Assembly: GCA_965216315.1 (NCBI GenBank)
Contig: CBDCFN010000016.1
Span: 1,280,001-1,344,000 of the forward strand
DNA from: a bacterium
GTDB taxonomy: Bacteria; UBA10199; 2-02-FULL-50-16; JAJFLM01
Length of the DNA: 64,000 nt
Direction of reading: 5' to 3'
Below, one piece after another: positions 57,748 to 64,000 of the stretch; position 1 is the first letter of the stretch; each line of letters starts with the position of its first letter. The notes under the pieces were generated by a model. That model saw only the letters and a list, made by a program, of their open reading frames with translations, was not told where the DNA came from and did not search any database. The position numbers and the translations under genes were made by a program.

Positions 57748-58533
57748 TTATTTCCCCTTAAACTGCGGCTCGCGCTTTTCTTTGATCGCATTAACACCTT
57801 CGCCGAGGTCCTCGGTTTGAAAGCAAACCGCTTGGCCCTTTGATTCATTGACCAAGGCGTCAGGCAAGGGAAGGGTGAGGTTAGCCTGCAGGGCCTTTTT
57901 GGTCTCGCGAACCGCAACGGGTGAATTCAGCGCTATCGTTTCCGCTAGTTGTTGAACGGCCGCAGCGGCCTGGTCGACGGAATGCACTTCGTTAACGAGC
58001 CCGAGGCGCTGGGCCTCGGCTGCGCTGATCGTTCGTGCCGTAAAGAGGAGATTGGCGGCGACCGTATAATGACTCAGCCGTCCCAGCAGCCAGGTCGCAC
58101 CCATGCCCGGCGAGAGGCCGAGACGGGTGAAATTGACGCCCATCTTGGCCTTTTCATGGGTAATGCGCAGATCACAGGCCAGAGCAACACAAAAGCCGGC
58201 ACCGATCGCATGACCATTAATATACGCGATGGTCGGAATCTCAAGATCGCGGATGCAGAGAAAAGAATTATAGAATTGCTGCATCTCCGCTTCGTTGGCC
58301 TCGGGTGTCTTCTTCATCTTGTCAAAAATCATGTCGAGATTGCCACCCGCCGAAAAGGCCCGTCCGGCACCCGTCAGGATTACGCAGCGCAGCTCGGGAT
58401 CATTTTTGACCTCTTCGATAACTTTGGGGAATTCCTCCGCCAACTCGAGCGTCATCGCATTCAGACGATCCGGATCGTTAAAAATGATCCTGCCGATGTA
58501 CCCGTCTTTTTCCAGTAGAACTGTCTTTGCCAT
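57748..58533 (-). CDS. Enoyl-CoA hydratase/isomerase family protein
   Basis: AFSAGGNL and GHAIGAG motifs. Start at MAKTV (AAAGGAAGG RBS). Confidence 0.9.
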   Translation of the reverse strand: MAKTVLLEKDGYIGRIIFNDPDRLNAMTLELAEEFPKVIEEVKNDPELRCVILTGAGRAFSAGGNLDMIFDKMKKTPEANEAEMQQFYNSFLCIRDLEIPTIAYINGHAIGAGFCVALACDLRITHEKAKMGVNFTRLGLSPGMGATWLLGRLSHYTVAANLLFTARTISAAEAQRLGLVNEVHSVDQAAAAVQQLAETIALNSPVAVRETKKALQANLTLPLPDALVNESKGQAVCFQTEDLGEGVNAIKEKREPQFKGK

Positions 58534-58617
58534 CTGCCTTCCTTTCGAAATGAGAGCGCACATTAACGTCGGAACAAAGGTGCGGCAAGCGGAATTTTTA
58601 TATCTCCTGCTTAGAGC

Positions 58618-59625
58618 TTAGGGAGTATTCAAATTCGTCAGCGGCAATTCCGCTTCCGGACTCCGCCGCACAACTCGGGCATAGAGACGGGCGCCAATAT
58701 CCTGCAAGTCATAGCTGAGCTCACCCCGTAACTCTTGCTGAACTTCGGGACGTTCCTTGATCCAGAGTCCGGCGACGGCCGTGAGACTGAACAGGGTATC
58801 GACATCTCGAATCAATCCTTTATCCAGATAGGTAACGATTGCGTCCTGATTGACAGAAAAGTAACGACTCCAAAAATCATAGTAATGAAAACGTGCGCGC
58901 GGATCGGAACTCCGAATCACGCGACGGGCATAATCGCGAACCGCAGAAGGGTAGCCTTTGTTACTCTCATTGCGACTTAATATGGACCAACCACGTTGCT
59001 CGGCTAATTCCTGCATCTTACGTTTGGGTTGAATGACATGCACCTGTTGCCACTGAATTTTTTCTAACATGTGTCGGTCGGCATAGGAATCCGTGTAGAC
59101 AGTGTGGGGACTCAGGTCTTCGGACTCGAAAAGTTCATTGAGAATGCCCGGTTTCTTGTATGCCGTTACTGGTACCGGATAGATCGTATCATTGATGAAG
59201 AGGTGGTCAGGATGAAGTGTTCCTAAGAACGGTTTGGCCGCTACCTCAAAAGCTCCAGTAATCAGCACCATGCGCTGTAAGTTGGCTCGGTGCCAGGCCC
59301 AGGCCTCCGCTGTTCGCGTAAATATCCGCTCGTGCCACGTCAACTGCGCGAACGCGGCAAAAATATCATTGTAACGGGGATGGGTCGTATCGTCGCGTAA
59401 GCGCTCAAGATAGGGACGGTCCAGCTTAATACCCCCTTGAGCAATACGAGCCAAATTAAAGGGCCCACGTACCAACTCCCGAGGATGGTTCGGATAAAGC
59501 CACTGCAGAAAGCCCCAACCCGTATTGGGCACCAGGGTGTCATCGAAATCAAAGGCCGCCACACTCCGGTTTAAAATGGGAAACTGGGCCGCCAATGTGG
59601 ATAGAGGAGAAACCAGCGTGACCAT
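58618..59625 (-). CDS. HAD-superfamily (SerB/PlsC-associated type) hydrolase with a C-terminal extension
   Basis: FDFDDTL, LITGA, K, YTDSYAD motifs. Confidence 0.78.
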   Translation of the reverse strand: MVTLVSPLSTLAAQFPILNRSVAAFDFDDTLVPNTGWGFLQWLYPNHPRELVRGPFNLARIAQGGIKLDRPYLERLRDDTTHPRYNDIFAAFAQLTWHERIFTRTAEAWAWHRANLQRMVLITGAFEVAAKPFLGTLHPDHLFINDTIYPVPVTAYKKPGILNELFESEDLSPHTVYTDSYADRHMLEKIQWQQVHVIQPKRKMQELAEQRGWSILSRNESNKGYPSAVRDYARRVIRSSDPRARFHYYDFWSRYFSVNQDAIVTYLDKGLIRDVDTLFSLTAVAGLWIKERPEVQQELRGELSYDLQDIGARLYARVVRRSPEAELPLTNLNTP

Positions 59626-59632
59626 AGACCGT

Positions 59633-59659
59633 GCATCGGCCCATCACGCTAAAAGTTGT
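59633..59659 (-). promoter_or_regulatory. Sigma-28-like promoter ACAACTTT-N11-GCCGATGC
   Basis: Recurring motif, 7 nt before ATG 59625. Confidence 0.6.
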
Positions 59660-59711
59660 TTCCTTGCGCTTTCCACCCTAAGTCGCTATAAATACCGGAC
59701 TTTTCGCACTT

Positions 59712-61319
59712 ATGGAAATTATTCGCTCAAAAATCAGTACCGACGCGGCGGAGTTCAAAGAAAACGCGGCCAACTACGAAAAGCTCGTCCAAGAACTCAG
59801 CTCACGCATTGAAACCGTCAAGGCGGGAGGCGGCGAGGAAGCGGTTAAGCGGCATCGTTCACGTAACAAACTGCTCGCCCGTGAACGCATCGAGCGCCTC
59901 CTTGATCCCGGCTCTCCGTTTTTAGAACTCTCGAGTCTCGCCGCGTGGGACATGTACAAGACCCAGGCTCCGTCGGCTGGGATTGTCACCGGCATCGGGA
60001 CCGTCCATGGCCGCGAAGTCATGGTCGTCGCCAATGATGCGACAGTAAAAGGGGGGACCTACTATCCCCTCACGGTTAAAAAACACCTGCGCGCCCAAGA
60101 GATTGCCGAACAAAATAAGTTACCCTGCGTTTATCTCGTTGATTCCGGCGGGGCATTTTTGCCTAAGCAAGATGAGGTTTTTCCGGACCGCGAGCACTTC
60201 GGCCGCATTTTCTATAATCAAGCGCGCATGTCCGGGCAGGGCATTCCGCAAATTGCCGTGGTCATGGGCTCTTGTACGGCAGGCGGCGCCTACGTCCCCG
60301 CGATGAGTGATGAGTCGATTATCGTCAAGGGCAACGGCACAATTTTTCTGGGCGGACCACCGCTTGTTAAGGCGGCGACCGGAGAAGAGGTCACGGCGGA
60401 AGAATTGGGTGGCGCCTCCGTCCACTGCAGTAAATCAGGGGTCACGGATCACTTCGCCAACAATGATGAAGAGGCCCTTGATACGGCCCGTAACATCATT
60501 ACTCATCTCAATCGCGGGCCCAAGACACAGCTCGATACGCTGCCACCGGAAGAACCCTTGTACGATCCCGCGGAATTATCGGGCGTCGTTCCCACCGACC
60601 TGCGTAAACCCTACGACGTCCGTGAGGTCATTGCCCGTCTCGTCGATGGCAGTCGCCTCCACGAGTTTAAGGCGCAGTACGGCTCAACCTTGGTCTGTGG
60701 TTTTGCGCACATCTGGGGCTATCCTGTGGCGATACTCGCCAACAACGGCATCTTATTCGCTGAGAGCGCCCAAAAAGGGGCCCACTTTATTGAGATGGCC
60801 TGTCAGCGCAAGATCCCCTTGCTCTTTTTGCAAAACATCACGGGATTTATGGTCGGTAAGGATTATGAAAATCGCGGTATCGCCAAGGACGGTGCCAAAC
60901 TGGTGACGGCGGTCGCATCCGCAAACGTTCCTAAATTTACGGTGATCATCGGCGGCTCCTTCGGTGCCGGTAACTACGGCATGTGTGGTCGCGCTTACAG
61001 CCCGCGTTTTCTGTGGATGTGGCCCCATGGCCGCATTTCCGTCATGGGTGGCGAGCAGGCCGCCAACGTCCTCGCAACAGTTAAACAGGATCAGTTGAAG
61101 AAAAAAGACCAGGCCATGAGCGACGCGAAGTTAAATGAATTCAAACAACCCATTCTAGACAAATATGAAAGCGAAGGGAGTGCCTATTACAGCACCGCGC
61201 GTCTCTGGGATGACGGGATTATCAATCCCGTCGACACACGGCAGACCCTCGCCTTAGCTATTTCCGCCAGTTTGAATGCCCCGGTGCCGGACACGAATTT
61301 CGGTGTCTTCAGAATGTAA
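59712..61319 (+). CDS. liuB: Methylcrotonyl-CoA carboxylase beta subunit
   Basis: [16 protein letters not shown] and SARLWDDG-like motifs; gene order. Confidence 0.93.
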   Translation: MEIIRSKISTDAAEFKENAANYEKLVQELSSRIETVKAGGGEEAVKRHRSRNKLLARERIERLLDPGSPFLELSSLAAWDMYKTQAPSAGIVTGIGTVHGREVMVVANDATVKGGTYYPLTVKKHLRAQEIAEQNKLPCVYLVDSGGAFLPKQDEVFPDREHFGRIFYNQARMSGQGIPQIAVVMGSCTAGGAYVPAMSDESIIVKGNGTIFLGGPPLVKAATGEEVTAEELGGASVHCSKSGVTDHFANNDEEALDTARNIITHLNRGPKTQLDTLPPEEPLYDPAELSGVVPTDLRKPYDVREVIARLVDGSRLHEFKAQYGSTLVCGFAHIWGYPVAILANNGILFAESAQKGAHFIEMACQRKIPLLFLQNITGFMVGKDYENRGIAKDGAKLVTAVASANVPKFTVIIGGSFGAGNYGMCGRAYSPRFLWMWPHGRISVMGGEQAANVLATVKQDQLKKKDQAMSDAKLNEFKQPILDKYESEGSAYYSTARLWDDGIINPVDTRQTLALAISASLNAPVPDTNFGVFRM

Positions 61320-62104
61320 TGGAAACGCTGGAAATCCAAAAAGAGGGACCCATTGCAACGATCTGGCTGAACCGCCCGGATGTGCGCAATGCCTTTAATG
61401 AACGCGTTATCGCCGAACTCATCGATATCTTCTCCGAACTCCCTCACGACCCCGAAACGCGGGTCATTATTCTCGGCGGCAAAGGCAAAGTATTTAGTGC
61501 AGGCGCCGATCTCAATTGGATGCGGTCGATGGCCAATGCCAATGAGCAACAAAATTATGACGATAGTCGTAAGCTTGCCGAGCTGCTCCATCTGATTAAT
61601 ACCTGTCCTCAAGTCACCATTGCGCGAGTACATGGGGCCGCCCTCGGTGGGGGAATGGGGCTCGCCTCGGTCTGTGATATTGTCGTGGCGACAGAAGAGG
61701 TTAAATTTGGCTTCACTGAAGTGAAGCTGGGTTTAATTCCTGCGGTTATATCGAGCTTTGTCATCTCCAAGATCGGGAATTCCTGGGCCCGCCGTTACTT
61801 TGTTACCGGAGAAATTTTTAACGGCAAACGCGCCTACGAAATGGGGCTCGTTCATGAATTAGTGTCCGCTGAGGAACTCGATGCAACGGTGACAGCCATA
61901 GCAGAATCGGTACTGCTGGCAGCGCCTAAGGCCGTGGCCGAATCTAAGTCGCTCATCGCACGTGTCACGGCGACGGCGTCCGGTGATCTGCTCAAAGAGA
62001 CGTCCGAATGGATCGCCCGTATTCGGGTGGCGGAGGAAGGCCAAGAGGGGACGGGAGCGTTCCTAGAAAAAAGGCAACCGAAGTGGGCATCAAAAAAGTC
62101 TTAA
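61319..62104 (+). CDS. liuC: Methylglutaconyl-CoA hydratase
   Basis: RNAFN, FSAGADLNWM and EVKLGLIPA motifs; position between liuB and liuD. Confidence 0.88.
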   Translation: METLEIQKEGPIATIWLNRPDVRNAFNERVIAELIDIFSELPHDPETRVIILGGKGKVFSAGADLNWMRSMANANEQQNYDDSRKLAELLHLINTCPQVTIARVHGAALGGGMGLASVCDIVVATEEVKFGFTEVKLGLIPAVISSFVISKIGNSWARRYFVTGEIFNGKRAYEMGLVHELVSAEELDATVTAIAESVLLAAPKAVAESKSLIARVTATASGDLLKETSEWIARIRVAEEGQEGTGAFLEKRQPKWASKKS

Positions 62105-63774
62105 TCGCGAATCGAGGAGAAATCGCGCGGCGCGTAATCCGAAGCTGCCGCAATCTCGGCATCCAAACCGTCGCTATTTATTCTGATGTCGATCATGAGG
62201 CCTTGCATGTCAAAGACGCCGACGAAGCCTATGGCCTCGGCGACCCGACACCACAACAAAGTTATCTCAACATTGAAAAGATTATCCAAATTGCCCGCGA
62301 TTCCGGTGCAGATGCCGTCCACCCAGGTTATGGATTCCTTTCGGAGAATGCGTCCTTTGCCAAGGCCTGTATAAACGCGGGACTGACCTTCATAGGGCCC
62401 GACGCGCAAACGATTGAAACCATGGGTGACAAAATCTCCGCCAAGGAAACCGTCGTTAGAAATAAAGTTCCGACAGTTCCGGCTAGTCAAGGGGCAGTCA
62501 GTGCGGAAGATGTGTCTGCATTAGCACAACAAATCGGTTACCCTGTCTTACTTAAGGCGGCTGCCGGCGGCGGCGGCAAAGGCATGCGGGTGGTCCATGA
62601 AGAAAGCGAGCTCATCAATGCCCTGGAAGCAGCCCAGCGCGAGGCCAAAGCGGCCTTTGGTGACGAGCGCGTCTTTATGGAGAAATTCATCGAGCGCCCC
62701 CGTCATATTGAAGTCCAAGTGCTCGCCGATAAACACAACAATGTTCATCATATCTTTGAACGCGATTGCTCCGTCCAGCGACGTCATCAAAAAGTCATTG
62801 AGGAAAGCCCGTCACCCTTGATCAGTCCGGAGAAAAGACGAGAACTCGGCGAGGCCGCCATTCAAGCGGCTAAAGCAGCCAATTACGTCAACGCCGGAAC
62901 GATTGAATTCTTATTCGACCAAGAACAGAACTTCTACTTTCTGGAAATGAATACGCGGCTCCAAGTGGAACACCCGGTCACCGAATGGGTCTCCGGAACG
63001 GACTTGGTCCGGTGGCAGTTATGGATCGCGGCGGGACGTCCTCTTTGGCCGGAAATTCGGCCCCAACATCCGCGTGGCCACGCGATTGAACTGCGTATCT
63101 ACGCGGAAGATCCGGCTAATAATTTTCTGCCTGCCATCGGGCGTGTCGAAGCGATGCAAGAACCCAGCGGTCCCGGCATCCGCATCGATTCCTGTCTGTA
63201 TGTCGGTTGGGATATTCCGGTGCAGTATGACCCTTTGCTGGCTAAGTTAGTCGTTTGGGACGAAACCCGCCCCCTCGCGATTCGCAAGGCCCTGACCGCA
63301 CTCGATAATTACCGCATCGACGGGATTACGACGAATATTGAATTCTTGAAGGAAGTCCTAACGCATCCGGATTTTGTTCACGCCACGATTGATACGGGAT
63401 GGGTCGAACGTGAGTTTGGTGACTGGGCACCGGCTGAATTGAAACTGAGCCATGAGGATCTCTTTAGTCCGTGGATTCCGCGAGAGCAGGGTGCGGCGCG
63501 CAAGCGGCGTGAGGCATTCAAGAAAGAACATGGCCGCCAAAACCAAGAGGACCTAAGTGGACCCATTCAGATCGAGGCACCGATGCCTGGAAAACTCATT
63601 CAGGTCAACGTCAAAGCCGGTGACACCGTCGAGCAGGGCACGACCTTATTGGTGCTGGAAGCAATGAAGATGGAACATTCGTTAAAGGCCCCTCGGGATG
63701 CAAAAGTCAGTGAAGTCCATTACAATGTCGACGATCAGGTCGCGATGAATGCGGTATTAGTCGAACTGGAATAA
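62083..63774 (+). CDS. liuD: Methylcrotonyl-CoA carboxylase alpha subunit (biotin carboxylase plus biotinyl domain)
   Basis: IANRGEIA, EMNTRLQVEH and EAMKM motifs. Probable GTG start at 62083. Confidence 0.92.
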   Translation: MGIKKVLIANRGEIARRVIRSCRNLGIQTVAIYSDVDHEALHVKDADEAYGLGDPTPQQSYLNIEKIIQIARDSGADAVHPGYGFLSENASFAKACINAGLTFIGPDAQTIETMGDKISAKETVVRNKVPTVPASQGAVSAEDVSALAQQIGYPVLLKAAAGGGGKGMRVVHEESELINALEAAQREAKAAFGDERVFMEKFIERPRHIEVQVLADKHNNVHHIFERDCSVQRRHQKVIEESPSPLISPEKRRELGEAAIQAAKAANYVNAGTIEFLFDQEQNFYFLEMNTRLQVEHPVTEWVSGTDLVRWQLWIAAGRPLWPEIRPQHPRGHAIELRIYAEDPANNFLPAIGRVEAMQEPSGPGIRIDSCLYVGWDIPVQYDPLLAKLVVWDETRPLAIRKALTALDNYRIDGITTNIEFLKEVLTHPDFVHATIDTGWVEREFGDWAPAELKLSHEDLFSPWIPREQGAARKRREAFKKEHGRQNQEDLSGPIQIEAPMPGKLIQVNVKAGDTVEQGTTLLVLEAMKMEHSLKAPRDAKVSEVHYNVDDQVAMNAVLVELE

Positions 63775-63778
63775 ACAA

Positions 63779-64000
63779 ATGAATTTACCAAAGCAAGTCA
63801 CCATCGTCGAAGTCGGCCCCCGCGACGGCCTCCAGAACGAACCGGAGACGATACCGACCGCAACCAAAGTCGCGTTCATCGAGAAACTCGCCGAAGCCGG
63901 TCTATCCATCATCGAAGTCTCGAGCTTTGTCCATCCCAAGTGGGTTCCTCAACTAGCCGATGCATCGGATGTATTAAATGCTCTTAAAAAGAAGACCGGC
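63779..64000 (+). CDS. liuE: HMG-CoA lyase (3' end outside the window)
   Basis: MNLPKQVTIVEVGPRDGLQNE...SFVHPKWVPQLAD. Absent from the ORF track because it runs off the window. Confidence 0.92.
   Translation, partial: MNLPKQVTIVEVGPRDGLQNEPETIPTATKVAFIEKLAEAGLSIIEVSSFVHPKWVPQLADASDVLNALKKKTG

Noticed and set aside
62008..62082. ATG start for liuD
   Set aside because: Would overlap liuC by ~100 nt. Family similarity begins at GTG 62083 (GIKKVLIANRGE).
1..64000. CRISPR array or rRNA
   Set aside because: No regularly spaced direct repeats and no rRNA-like sequence seen.

Overview
Bacterial chromosomal window with two halves. Deltaproteobacteria-like origin is inferred from a GGGCSL/MYXO-CTERM-type sorting tail, delta-60 repeats and a TatT/TatP TRAP system. 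The right half (~42-64 kb) is mostly housekeeping: tRNA-Lys, fumC, efp, a DnaJ-family chaperone, a TRAP-T transporter, thiolase/crotonase/acyl-CoA dehydrogenase and the liuBCDE leucine-catabolism genes. The left half (~1.8-42 kb) looks like an undescribed modular effector/toxin system. (1) Three giant paralogues (5733-11587, frameshifted; 23799-28001; 31816-37149) share a hydrophobic membrane-insertion-like core. (2) Three cargo-like proteins (17824, 21664, 28018) share an N-terminal AKK[FY]KG...KIxDxDxY[ST][VI]AT tag. (3) A common pool of domains is shuffled among them: kinase-like, ParB/Srx-like, HD, PD-(D/E)xK nuclease, nucleotidyltransferase, FHA-like, a 'WKS' helical module and a novel ~165-aa domain. 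No immunity-like genes are evident. These orphan genes carry precise, repeated upstream motifs not seen in front of the housekeeping genes. These are sigma-54 promoters with two enhancer classes at fixed spacing, and a sigma-28-like [GA]CAAC...-N11-GCCGATAA promoter, several apparently leaderless. Domain calls come from visual motif recognition only; no database searches were run.
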